From: Moniliella sp. 'wahieum'
Lineage: Eukaryota
DNA: 64,000 bases
Assembly: GCA_003971905.1 (NCBI GenBank)
Contig: RSEE01000055.1
Location: 310,001 to 374,000 of the forward strand
Reading direction: 5' to 3'
Shown: positions 24,345 to 36,753 of the stretch, one piece after another
How positions within the stretch are numbered: position 1 is the stretch's first letter
How the letters are laid out: each line of letters starts with the position of its first letter
Notes under the pieces: model-generated
What the model was told of the DNA's origin: nothing
Databases searched by the model: none
The model's input: only the letters and a program-made list of their open reading frames with translations
Translations under genes and position numbers: made by a program

Positions 24345-25030
24345 CATACATATCACGCTTCACGCTTCACGCGACCTTTAAGCTTCAAAACACGTAACAA
24401 TCCAAGCCCTGCGAACTCGGCGACTTGCAGCTCCAACAGAATTTCCCGAAACGGGTGCAGGCGGTGCGGGGAAGCGCCCATCCCAGACACAGAACTTGCG
24501 CTGGGATCGTGCGACCCAGGGCAGGGGGGCGCTGCTGTTTCTGCTGCGGCTGTTTCTTGGCCCGAGCGCCAGGGGCTCGAAAGCGAATCTCGAATGGTTA
24601 CTATTTAGTGGTTGGGTCTGGGTCTGATTCTGCGGCTTCGACGGACAAGGCCTTGTCGGGAAAGGCCGCGCAGCGTACCGTGTACCACGTACCGCCCACT
24701 CCTAATCCGTAACGCGCGCATAATGCTACCGATGGACAGATGCATTGACGATCGAGGATTACGCGTTACGATCATCGATCACCGATTCCCTACCATCGAC
24801 CACCCATCTGCATCATCGAACATCGATCAATCAATGAATCTTCGGCGGGCCGACCTGGGTTTACGCGTTACGCGTTTACGACGTTTTGAGGGTTGGGGGT
24901 CAACGTTCAACCGGTCAAACGTTAATCCTTAAACCTTAAGCTTTGAGGCCTAAGGTTATACCTGTTACATGTTATGCGTTACGTCTGGGTACGATGATCA
25001 AATGTCCCACAGCCTCCCACCGCGCGAAAA

Positions 25031-25077
25031 TGAAGCTTGAAGCTTGAAGCTTGAAGCTTGAAGCTTGAAGCTTGAAG
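25031..25077. repeat. (TGAAGCT)6.7 heptamer tandem repeat
   Basis: Perfect repeat; each junction recreates the palindrome AAGCTT. Confidence 0.95.
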
Positions 25078-25858
25078 GCAGTCCAAAGTTCTGCCCCCCG
25101 GGCCTAGACTCAGGGCGTCACTTGCAGTCTGTCTATTCGGAGGTGGGACGCGCGGGTGGCGGATGCGTCGATAAGGCCACACCGGCCCACACCTCCTCGG
25201 CCCCTCTCAGATCTAGCCCTGGTCAAGCTTCAAGCTTCAAAAGTGCCTACTAGTCAGCGACGAGTGGCTGGTGCAGTCACCGGTCGCCGCTCTGCGCTCA
25301 CCCCGTCCAGAGACACTCGCTTGGTCGGACCCCACATATTGTTAGCCACTTGGTGACTGTATCTTGTTCATGTGTGGCGTTGCACGGCACATGTCACACA
25401 TTGCGAGGCATCATGCATCACAGCCATCCCGGACTCATTGACTAGTCAGAATCATGGCATCGTCTTGCCTGGAAGCATGAGTGTGTGGTTGCCGGCTGCC
25501 GGGAGGGGGAGGATGGGCGGTGTGTGTGGGATGGGTGATGGCATGCGACCGGTGACCCAACCCTCCGATTGTCGAGGAGGAGCTAGCCACGAGCAACCCG
25601 CGACTAGCACTAGTAGTCCCTAGTCCCTAGCCAGTCCCACTGGCTGGCCGCTGGCATGAATTTGACACACTCGTCATGGGTCACGCTCGCAGCGCTCACT
25701 CGTCGCTCGAGGCTCAGCGCCAGTGGCCCCCGCGGCGTGGCGGGCTGCTGGGACGGCGTGCACGGGTCCTGCATGCTCCCGGGCGCCAGCCACCCACACC
25801 CACCACTTCCCGCCTGTTGCGCCCCTCGGCCTCTCTTTCTCACCAGCGTCCCGGCAGC

Positions 25859-28800
25859 ATGGACGCCATCCCGCCCGACGATCCGTCCCCTTCGCATTCA
25901 CGCTCCCACCGCCCAGCCCGCCGTCGGATGTGTCCGACGCAGACACCGAGCCCGAGCGCCCACGCTTCCGCCCCGGCACCAGCCGTCCGCCCGCCGCCGC
26001 CGCCTCGGCCCCGTTCTTGTTTGGCTCCGTTGGGGGCGACGGCCATGTCCTTCACAGCAATCCTCTCCAACGCCCCAGCACGAGCCGCGGCACTCCGTCC
26101 ACGCCGACCGCTGCGCCTGCTGGTGCGTCATCCCCGCCTTCCTCACCTCGGCTCGGCCCCTGACCAGCACTGGCCCGCCAGCATCCCATCCGCGCCTACC
26201 TCAGTCCTTGCGGCTGCATCACCACTCGCTTCTCCATCTGCAGTAGCACCTGACCTCTCCCGCCCTTTGACGTCCACCTCCCGCCCCAAGACCCGTGTTC
26301 GCGACCAACCTGGCACTCCGAGCGGAGGTCTGCTCACCCCCCCCGTCTCTTCCGAGGGTTTGCAGCCCATTGTCTCGCTCACAAGAATGGTCGCTCTACC
26401 GCCGAAGAGGAAATGCGTGCGCGCATGATCCGCGAAGAGTACGAGGAGGATTCAGAGGAAGAGGATCTGACCGGTGTCTTTGCTTTTATGCGTCCCATCA
26501 CACCCTTGGAACCAATCCAGGCGGGGGGCTCCTTTGAGATTCCACGCGACTCCCCCTCACCTCCCCCCCCTGCTCTGCCACCAGCTTCCAGTGATCCTCC
26601 CAACGACGTGCAGGACACTGCTACCTTCCCTACTCAACCCCAACCCCAACCTCAACCAATACGAGACACAAACGACCCACCTCCATCTCAAGCCACCTTC
26701 GATCCCCACCAGTCCACCATTCCAACGCTCCCCTCTGGTGCCCCACCATCCTACTACTACGACCCGTGGACCTACCGACCTCCCCATCCCTCTCACGATA
26801 CTGATCGCTCCAAGCAACAGCCCTCCTCTTCCGGCTCGAACGGCCTGCCTACCGCGTCGAACAGCCACGACTTGGCCCCAGAAATCAGGGTGGATGCTTC
26901 GTTCCCATATAATCCTGCGCAGCCCAATCCAAGGGAGCTGGGCACACATATGTTTTTGGCCCTGTGGCAAATGAGTCCCTGGCTTCTCTGCAGGCGTCGG
27001 GGAAAGAGGGGAAAGACATGTACCCCATGGCGACGCTCGGAGCTGGGCCCTGCCCACCCTGCGCAAGACGATGGATGAAGCCGAGGACCGACCAAGCGGA
27101 TCCAGTGGTCCCCGTCCCGCCGATTTTGTGTACGAGACGCGCCAGGTTCGAAAGAGAAAACCCCAGATGGTGGTTGTAGAGAACACGCCCGGCGGGGACA
27201 GCCCGTACATTGAGGTCCGATGCAGCGTTCAGAGCGACGACGATACGACCGAGGAGTGCAACACGCTCCGTGTGTGGGTGATTGCCTTGTCGTTCTCACA
27301 GTCACGCTTGCTGCCAACTGTTATTGGACCTTCCGTTCCCCTTCGCCCACCTTTACGTTCGCTCATTGTTCTCTTTACCTGGCCGTTGGGACGGGCGTGG
27401 GCACGCTACATGCCCAACGTGGCCATTCCACTGCCCGCTCTGCTTTTCGGACAAGGGGCGCGACTTGCTATTAACCCTGGACCATGGACGATGAAGGAGC
27501 ACGCCCTCATTTCCCAGCTGGGGATGGTGACATCAACAGCTACATTACCTACCCCATCTACACGCTCACCGCCATTGACAACCGGTTTCTTTGGGACCAC
27601 AACATTAAGGGTGGGGCGTTCGCCTATGGCTTGCTCATCGCCTGGTCGGCTGCTCTGTTTGGAATCGGGATGGCCGGCGTCACACGCAGTTTCCTGGTGC
27701 AAGCGGCCAGTACGATTTGGCCGCACAACCTTTCGATCTCGCTCTTGATTAACATTCTTCATGCCGAGGAGGACCCGCCGCCGGGGGAGTTGGGCCGGGT
27801 GCAGTACTTCCAAGTTGTTCTGCTGGGCATGTTTTGCTGGCAATGGATTCCCACCTACTTGTTCACTGGTCTGAGCATGTTCAACTTCATCTGTTGGGCT
27901 GCACCCAATTCCGTCGTGGCCAATCACCTCTTTGGATACCGCAACGGCCTGAGCCTCTTGCCCCTCACGTTTGACTGGTCCCAGTGTCCACATTCTGTTC
28001 GCCACTGATCCCACCGTGGTGGACGGGACTCAATCTCTTAATCACCTATGGGTTCTTTTGGGTCTTCCTCGGTACCGTGCTCTTGTTTACCAATGTAGGT
28101 CTCCCCTCCGCGCCCCTCCACCTTTCTCCCACATGCTAACCTTTTTGACTTACAGAGCATGGACATGGGCTACCTTCCTATGTTGGGCTCGGGGCTGTAC
28201 AACAAATTTGGTCAGTCGTACGACGTTCTTCGCGTGTTAAACCACCCGCATGGCGTACTCGATGAAGCCAACTACGAGGCCTATTCGCCGCTGTACGTTT
28301 CGTACGGGTACTACATGATGTACTACGCTGGTTTGGCCATGCCCATGGCGCTTCTCGTTCACTTTGCCTTGCACCACCACTCGTCTGTGGTCCATACCAT
28401 CAAATTTGGCAAACCTGAAAAGGACGATATTCACGCCAAGCTCATGAGCCATTACCCCCAGGTGCCTACCTGGGTCTACCTCTTACTTTTCCCCATCTCC
28501 TTTGCTGTGGCAGTGGGGTGGTACGGGGGCTGGAGACGGGAATGCCAATCTACAGTGTGCTGGTTGCATTTGGCATTTGTTCTGTCTTTTTCCTTCCTGC
28601 TGGCGTTGTCTTTGCCCAGACCAACTTGTTCATGACGTTCACCAATACACTGTGCGAGCTGGTGGCAGGCTACCTCCATCCAGGCTCTGCAACAGTCAAC
28701 ATTATGTTCAAGACGATTGCCATCACCTCGAACAATGTTGGCATTTTGTTTGCTGCGGGGATGAAGATGGGGCACTACCTCAAGGTACCTCCTCGGCTCA

Positions 28801-29417
28801 CCTTTGTTAGCCAGTTGCTCGCCATTCTCTGGGCGTTTGCCGTGCAGTTTGCCGTCAAAGCCTTCTTTCATGCCACGGTCCACGATCTGTGCAGCCCCAA
28901 ACAGATCAACGGTATGGTCTGCCCCGGCTCGCAGACCACGTACGCCAGCTCGGTCGCATGGGGGACGATTGGACCACAGCGCATGTTTGGGCATCGTGGG
29001 TTGTACGGTTCGCTGTACTGGAGCATGCTAGTTGGTGCGTTGCTCCCGTTGCCCATTTGGCTGCTCAATAAGCGCTACAAGATGGCGCAGTTTGTCTCGG
29101 CTCCCATCTTGCTGTTGGGTGCGACCTTTATCCCTTCCTACAACCCCATCTCGGTCGTGGTCTACATCTTGCCCAACTTTATCACCCAGTGGTACGTCCG
29201 TCGTCGCTCGTTCAAGTTTTGGGATCGGTACCAGTACATCACGTCGGCCGCGCTGGATGCAGGTGCGACGTTGGCCAGCTTGGCCATCTTCTTTTGTCTC
29301 CAGTTGCCCAAGCACGGCACCATCCAGCTCAATTGGGCCGGGAACGATGTGTACAAGAACAACCGCGATCATAAAGGCACTTCTTGGCTGCACGTTCCCG
29401 CACAAGGCTTCTCTTGA
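25859..29417 (+). CDS. OPT-family oligopeptide transporter (Isp4/OPT-like) with a long disordered N-terminus; frameshifted, intron ~28096-28155; start uncertain
   Basis: DSPYIEVRCSVQSDDD (SPYxEVR motif), NPGPWTMKEHALI, DDIHAKLMSHYPQVP, KMGHYLKVPPR, WGTIGPQRMF, YITSAALDAG. Confidence 0.92.
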
Positions 29418-30325
29418 TCGTTTCTTTCGTTCCATTTTGCACGGCTTGATCATCCCACCTTCATCCCACCTCTCCCGTCACCCTCTCTCTCTCTCTCTCG
29501 CCTTTTCGCCATCATTCCATTTCTGTTTTTCCTCACGTTCCTTTTGTGGCTGGCAGCGGCAGCTGCTGCGCTACCCAACACGCATACGCAAGCCGCATTT
29601 TGTGCATTTTTTTTTCACTCATTGTTACCACAACTTTCTCATCACTGACCCTAACGTACCGTGAGCAATCCCATTGACCACCTGGTGCTTTGCATGTCGA
29701 TGGAGTAGTGGGAAATCCGCCTATGGGACGTTTTTTCTGAAAGCATAGCCCAGAGCATAGCCACGTCTAACACTCGGTGCCTTTGAAATCTGGGTGCACG
29801 GTTGTACCATGCGATGGCGGAGAAGGCGAGGCGGCCGCGTGGCACCCCGTTGCAGAGTGCCAGCGGGGTGTGATGAGGCGGGGTAAACCCACGCTGCTCC
29901 GACGCATGAGGTATGATGTGGCGGTGATGAGGGCGGTGCACATCACACTCGCCGTCTGCCGACATTTTTTCCTGGCTGGGCCTGCGATCTTCTGTGCGCC
30001 GGCGACCTCCACACGCCCAGCACGCCCAGTCCTCCGCCTGGCTTTGCGTGGCCGTCGTCTGCTGTGGTCTGTGCGTGTGTGCCTCCGTGCTGCTGCTGGG
30101 TGAGTGTGGCTGTCGTGCTGTCCATGCCCCCCGCCCCGACCCGCACCCCCGCTCGCTTGTCCGCCGCGTGCCGAGCCTGAGCCTGCTCGGCCCTCCGTTG
30201 CCCCGTTGCTGCTGCCCGCTGCCGCTGCCCGCTTGCCGCTTGCCGCTTGCCCCTTGCTCCTTGCCCCTTGCTCCGCTGCCCCCTTGCCCGTCTGTCGCTT
30301 GCCTCGCTGCGCGCGTCTGCCTGCC

Positions 30326-31669
30326 ATGTCCGCCCACTCGCCTCCTCCGAAGCTCGCCGCCCCCGCCGCCCCGCCCGCTGCGGCGGCGCCCGAGCCCCCA
30401 AACTCCTCCGACCCGCTGCCCCCGCCCTTCCTCCCCTGCCGCGCCCCCGCCCCCGCCGTCGCTGGCCATCGGCACCAACACCAGCCATGCCCTCGACGCT
30501 CCCGTAGCCGCCGTGGCCGCACCAGCGCCAGCCCCAGTGCCAGCCCCAGTGCCAGCCCCAGCGCCAGCCGACATGGCTCCGCTCGACTCACTCCTCCTCT
30601 CCAACCCTTCTACGCCCAGTGCGAGTCCTTTTTCCCCCCGGCCAGCCCCAGTGCGGCGCTGAGCCTCTCAGAGGAGGGCCCGCTGGGCGCATCAGGCGCT
30701 TCGCCTGCCTTCCCCCACTTCAAAGGCTTTGAATCCCCTCACTTTTCCCTCGGCCACCACGGCCAGGTGCAGCCGTCGCAGTTGCAGCAGCACCTCGCTC
30801 CTGTTGCTCCCCATCCGTCCGACCTGCTGCTTGCGTCCGAGCCAGATGCCCAACCCTCCCTGACGGCATCCACTTCCGGCCGTTCTTCCAGGACATGGCC
30901 TCCATGGTTCAGCCCCTGCCTTCCACCACGCCTGGCGCTACATCTCAACCTGCGCTGTCGTCCCTGCCGGGCCCGATCCCTTCCGCTCCGCCGGCCAATG
31001 CAGCGGAGGGACCCGTGCACATGGCCCTGTCTGAGCACAGCATGCACTTCCCGAGCTCCATCTCCCATCCCAGCTTCTTTCAGCATGCCCAGCTGTGGAC
31101 TGCGCCATCCGCCTACTTTTACCAGCCGCGGGCGGGACCTGTGACGCCATGCCAGCTGGCTCGCCCGATCGCTTGAACTTTTTTTCCACTACATCAAGCA
31201 GCATCTCAACCTCGCCTGCCAGTGTCATGACGGCGAGCACGAGTGCTAGCGCTTTGCATACGCCAGACAACATGGCTGGCTCGCCAATCCAGCGGCGGTC
31301 TCGTCGATCGCTCGGTGCTACGGTCGATGCAGCGCATCCGGCGGACGCATGCGGGCCAAGGGCACGTTTTCCTGCTGTTTCTGTGGCATCAATGTCAGCC
31401 GTGTGGACAGCCTCACCCGACACATCAAGCGCAAACATCCCCTTGAAGTTCAGCAAGCGGGCGGGAATCTAGGACTGGGCCCGTTGGGTCTCCCGCGCTT
31501 TTCGCCGCCGCGGCCAAGCCCCGCCCCGTCGACGAGTGCCAGTGTGGCCTCTTCCCCGGGGGAAAGTATGTCGGGCTCGGGCAAGCGAATCCTCTGCCAA
31601 CTCTGTGGTCTGTCTCTTTCGCGTACCGACAGTTTGGCGCGCCACATCAAGAAACAGCACCCCCATTAA
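30326..31669 (+). CDS. C2H2 zinc-finger protein with two separated C-terminal fingers (frameshifted; start uncertain)
   Basis: FSCCFCGINVSRVDSLTRHIKRKHP and ILCQLCGLSLSRTDSLARHIKKQHPH; Pro/Ala/Ser-rich upstream coding sequence. Confidence 0.8.
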
Positions 31670-32160
31670 CCTGTGCCCCCCATCCCTTGCTCCCTGCCCT
31701 GTGTAGCATGTTCTGGTGCGCTCATCCCTGTCTCCTTTGTCATTCACTTCCTATTGGTGCGCCCCCTCTCCTCCCCCCCCACCTATTCAACGATCCCATC
31801 GCATCTTTTCGTTTTCACCCCGACTTGATTTAGCGCACCATACAATCACGACTCTCTTTGCATGCTCCATGGCCTTGTACCTCTCCTCAGCTTGCGCTTG
31901 CCTCTCGTAGTACCATCCCACCATTGCCCCTGAGGCCTGAGCTCAGATAATACCCAGATTGAAAATCGGCCCTACTGTCCAGTTGCCCCAGCAGCTCGAA
32001 GAATCCCTATCCATCGCACCTCTGACTAAGTGCACTGAGACAGCATAGGGAGAGAGGCGACGGGACCTACTCGAATGCGATGCCTGTGAGTCAACTAGAT
32101 CATACAATGAGCTCTCTGAGCAAGGTTTGAGTACGGTCCCAAACGTAGAGAGAGGTCCCA

Positions 32161-33356
32161 TCAGATGGCGCCCGGCTTGACCGCGTTGAGCTGCACCGAG
32201 CCCACCCCGCAATGCCCGCCAGTGTCTTGGCCGCCTCGTCCAACTGGCCAAGGAGGAGAACCGAGTCGAGACGAGAAGGTTGTTGGTTCAACTTGAAGAG
32301 CTTGTTCACATCCTCCACGGGCAGAGGAGCTTGTCCTGAGCCTCCCGTGCTGCGTTCTCGGCCGTCTTACGCTCCAGGTACTCGGCCGCACGCGCCCGCT
32401 CGCGCGTCAACTGCCGCAGCTGGAATCCAATGTTGCCTGCCTCGCTCGAGTACTCGTCGAGACTGTCCAAGGTCGTCTCCACCGCCGTCGTGAGCGTCGG
32501 GGTCAGCGCCAAGGTCAAGTTGGCATTCGGCACATGCGTGTCGAGAGGCACCGATGGGCCACGGAGCAGTTCCTGCGTCGACAGTGGCACAGCGCGAGGA
32601 GCAGCCTCCGGCACAGTCGAAAGCGTAGAAATGAACGCATCCAAAACGCCGTGTTGTGCAACGTCACGGGAATCTCAATCAGCACCTTGGAGAAGGTGAG
32701 CTCGTGGTCAATCAAACTCTGTACATTGAACTTGCCCTCGTGTAAGCAGCAATAAACTCGGGAGAGAGACGGAAAGCACGAAGGGCAGTGTTGCCCTAGC
32801 CGACTGGGCCAAGTCGTGGGCCAACAGGATGGCCCGTCCAGCACCAGGCGTGCCCGACTTTTCAATCAGACTCGACACGGCAAACAGTGCGTCGATGACG
32901 GTTGCATTGAGGAACTGACCATAAAGCAGCCCACATACAGGCCCACCGGGTTGGCGTCCGCGTTCACTTCGCGCAGGTTGCGGATCATCGCCGCCGTATA
33001 GCGCGAAACAAGCTTCTTGACTGCGTTCTCCAGCTCGGCGCCCTCCTCACGTTCCGAGTGGGAGGGAAGCGCCGGAAGAGCAAAGCCATTGCTCGCCTCG
33101 ACAGAGCCACCGAGGTCAAGCCCGAGAGTACGCCGTAGGCAGGGGGAAGGTGGGAGTCGCGGCTGTGCTGGACAAGCTTGCTGAGGGCAAGGCCATCAAG
33201 ACGGGGACGTGGTGGTCTCCTTGGACCCTCGTGGAGCGCCAAGCCGCCTTGTCAAGTTGACGTTGGGCAGCCTCGCTGCGTTTTTCAGTCTTCTTCTCCT
33301 CTCTTGTTGCTGGGCAGCAACAGCAGCCGCTGCCGTCGGGCAAAGGGAATGGCCAT
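32161..33356 (-). CDS. eIF3h: Eukaryotic translation initiation factor 3 subunit H (MPN domain), frameshifted
   Basis: RLDGLALSKLVQHSR...GVLSGL; MIRNLREVNADANPVGLY; LTFSKVLIEIPVTLHN; EDVNKLFKLNQQPSRLDSVLLLGQ. Confidence 0.87.
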
Positions 33357-33566
33357 CGTCGTCGTCAGCGGCGCGGCGTCGTCGTCGTCGGGGTAAGGCT
33401 GGGCGGAGGGACCGAGGGAAAAAAAAATGGCACCAGGGGGGCGGGGCGCTAGGGTTGCACTCGGTTCCGCCGCTCACTTCCATTCCGCCCACGCCCCTTT
33501 GCCATAAAAGGATGCGTGGCCTCGTGAAGGTACCCAACCACACACCACCCACCTGCTTCGTCCACG

Positions 33567-33981
33567 ATGGCCTCGAGCACGTCCACCTATCCTACTCTAC
33601 GAGCTGTATCGCGCAGCAGGTATGGACTGTCTTGTTTTGCGTCTACTAGATCACTTTCTCCTTGCTGACATCTCGGCTTGCCCTGGGCAGCATCGGGATC
33701 CACCTTACCGATGCGCTTGACGAGCTGATCCAAGCTGGTTCCATCCCGCCCGTGTTGGCGATGAAGTGCTGATGCAGTTTGATCGCTCCGTGGCGGAAAC
33801 GGTGCGCAAACAAGTGAGGAGCAAGTGTTCGGTCAAAGGCTACCTCAAGCACTACAACCACTGCTACGAGGTTTGGACTCTGCAGGTGACCAAGGGCAAC
33901 CTGAAACTCGACAATGGCCAGCAGATCCCATTGACAATGTCCGCATTGTCGCTTGCAAAGCCAGAAAATACCGGTCGCTAA
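33567..33981 (+). CDS. TOA2: TFIIA gamma (small) subunit; intron ~33620-33690; frameshifted
   Basis: YELYR..S|[34 protein letters not shown]...KGYLKHYNHCYEVWT...DNVRIVACKA. Confidence 0.9.
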
Positions 33982-35333
33982 TACGTCAATTGGGCTTTGC
34001 TAGCCGTCCAGCTACCCCATCTCGACTTGGGCTCCCTTATCAAATCGTTCCTGTCATATGTGTACTTTTAGCAAAATTCCCATTCTTATCACCCTACATG
34101 AACCCATCTGAAAGCCCAAGTGGTGATCAGTAGTTCGAGCTGCGCCACTCAACTCCCCGCTTCAGATCCGAAATGCGGAGCCCGGCAGTCAGGCGGTGGT
34201 GTCCATGGGCTCGCGCTTCAGCGGTCGGGTTGGGAGAAAGTGCGAAACCTACGAGTTTGCAAGTCGCCATGGTGAAAGTTCCGTTGTCGTGGGGCTGCTT
34301 TTCGAACTGCAATAGTGTATGAGCGTAGTTCCTTTAAGACCCATCGTGAAGATAGTATAGAATGACAATCGTTGCTAAATATGGAGAACGTCCATCGTGG
34401 ACATCAAGAGAAGTTGATGAAACCGATCTGCGATCTATCTCTGTGAAAGGAGTGCATAAGGGTCGTCAGAGACGCTTACCTGTTCAGTCTGGTACGACAT
34501 TGCGCCAATGATTAATGATGGTCGATGAAAGTAACGTTCAACGATGCTGAGGTACCGGCATTGAACATGGAGGCGTACTACCATGTTGGCCGTTACATGT
34601 TACGAGTGCAGCATCGTATGCATCACAGCTGTTTCTCAGTGCCCCAGGCTCGATACTTTAGTGCAAACGCATAGATATCGAGCTGGCTTGCTAAGATAAT
34701 CGAGAAGTTGCTGCGAGGTGGCTACAGACACACGATGTGCTGTCGAACAACGCTCAATATTACATCAAGTACACCATGTACCCATTTCCTGCCAGCGTAT
34801 ATGGTACTCGCTGCCCCCGGCTACTCACAACATTCAACGTTCTTGACTTGAACGCTGAAGCGCTGAGGGGCTGATTCAGCTCAGAAGACGTTAGGGAGCG
34901 CTCTGCCTCCCTCTCGCGTTCAGTACGTTCAACTAACGTTCGGGCCTGTCAACGCCGTCAACGACTCGACGGTGGAGGTTCAACTTGAACTGCTCAGGCT
35001 GAGTACTTAGTGCGAAACGTTCAATGCGCAGAAGGCCCAAGGTGTTCAAGCATGCCACCCCTCAGACCCTCAGGTCTCAGACGGCGCTGTCATCATCATC
35101 ATCGATCATCGAGAGTGAGATCGATGAGAGCTTGGCGCTTACCCCGGGGATACGGTTTATGGTGTCCGGAAACGAAGTGACATCGCGTCAAAAAAAGCGC
35201 ATGTAGATCGATCCACCAAAGTGGCCAGAGTCTCCCCTCGAGAACAGTTGTGGTCGTAGTATGTTCGCGGCCGTGGGTGTTGACCGTTTGTCACAGAATA
35301 CTATAGGAATAGGAAAAAAAGTAGTTAGCTACT

Positions 35334-36753
35334 CTATTTGCATACAGTACGGGATGTACAAGAGAAGATTGCTATGCTATTATACTGTGGAGAGATGATG
35401 GGAAAGTTCGGGGGGAGATAGCCTTTGCGTCTCTTACGACGGGAGGGGCGGCTAGGATCGACAATCAAATCAATCCACTCCGCCGGACAGTCGCTTTGGC
35501 GTATATGCAGTTTGGCAAAGTGTCGACGAGCATCGTACTTGCGCGCAAACGCTCTGTGGCATGAGGGAACCGGGCAAACGTAGGGGCGAGGTTGCTTGGG
35601 ATCGTGAATGAGGTTATGGGCGGCAAGATTGTAGAATCGGTTGAATCGTCGGCACATCGTCAGATAAGGTGCCAGAGCCGAGCGGCCCGTGGCAGGTCGT
35701 CCTGACCAAGCCTCGGGTGCGACGCGCACGATGTTCTCAGCTGAAAAGGTAAGGTCGGACTGGGTGCGCGGTGAATGCATGCGATCGAACAGAGTGGTCG
35801 TTTCGCGGGAGAACTGGAGCGCAATTCCCGTGCCGACGCTCCCCGGTGGAGAGTGCGCAGCGACAAAACGGGAGGTACGCTTGGCATGTCACATCCCATT
35901 GCAGCTAGTTCCATCTGCCCTGATGGCACAGGGCTTGGGGGGAGACAGGCACCTTCGGGACTGGTTGCGATACTTGGGGCAATCGAGGTAGAAGAAGAGA
36001 CACTCGCAAGCGATCCTGAGCTCGTATCCAAGTCCAAAATCGAGGGGGGTGGAACCGCGCAGGGGCCAGCTCGAAACGATGGCGTGGCACTAGTGGGTCG
36101 CGAGGTCACTTGGTCCCTAGAGCCTCCATCCCCCAGAGCGAAGACACAGCCTGAGGTACGGCTTCGAGCTGGGGCAATAACTTTTGTGATTTAATGTTAG
36201 TCCAATTAACGTTTAACACGATGAAGATCGAAGACGATCACCAGAAAAAAAAGCTTACTCCTGGCCCATCGAGTTCAGATCCGGTCCGATCAGACGGCGA
36301 ACTGAGTAAGGGGGTGATTGGCTGCGAAGGGAGCGGACCGGGGCATGCCAGTTCGTTCATCCACCCGGAAATGAGCGCACTGTGCGGATCGGAATGTGGC
36401 GATCCCAAAAAGATCTGCGCGCTTTCCGAGTCACTCTGGGGTAGCTGGCCTCAGAAGGTGGGAAAGAGGGGGAAACGAGCTCGGGCACTTCTACGCCCCC
36501 AGGATATTGTCTTCACCCAGGCAGTGGTCCATTGTATGCATGTTGAGCCATGGCCCGTCTTGGATCCTCTTGGTAGGTTGGGCGTGGCAGGTCATGTTTG
36601 GCGAGACGCAGGAATTGGACATGTTTAGATCCAAAAAGGGAAACAAGGCCGACACATTTGACAATGGCAACATAGTCGACCCCATGTCAAAGGGTGGGTG
36701 CTGGTAGGGGCGATCGTCGGTGCGTCGTTGTCGTTTCCTAGGAAGTTAGACAT
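35334..36753 (-). CDS. C2H2 zinc-finger transcription factor with two adjacent fingers (frameshifted; ends approximate)
   Basis: CRRFNRFYNLAAHNLIHDPKQPRPYVCPVPSCHRAFARKYDARRHFAKLH; CACCGCCATG start context at 36753 with GATATAAAG upstream (~36875). Confidence 0.72.

Noticed and set aside
24400..24620. RNase P/MRP RNA (GGGAAATTCTG on minus strand; GGGGCTC)
   Set aside because: No P4 partner strand or other conserved regions at plausible spacing
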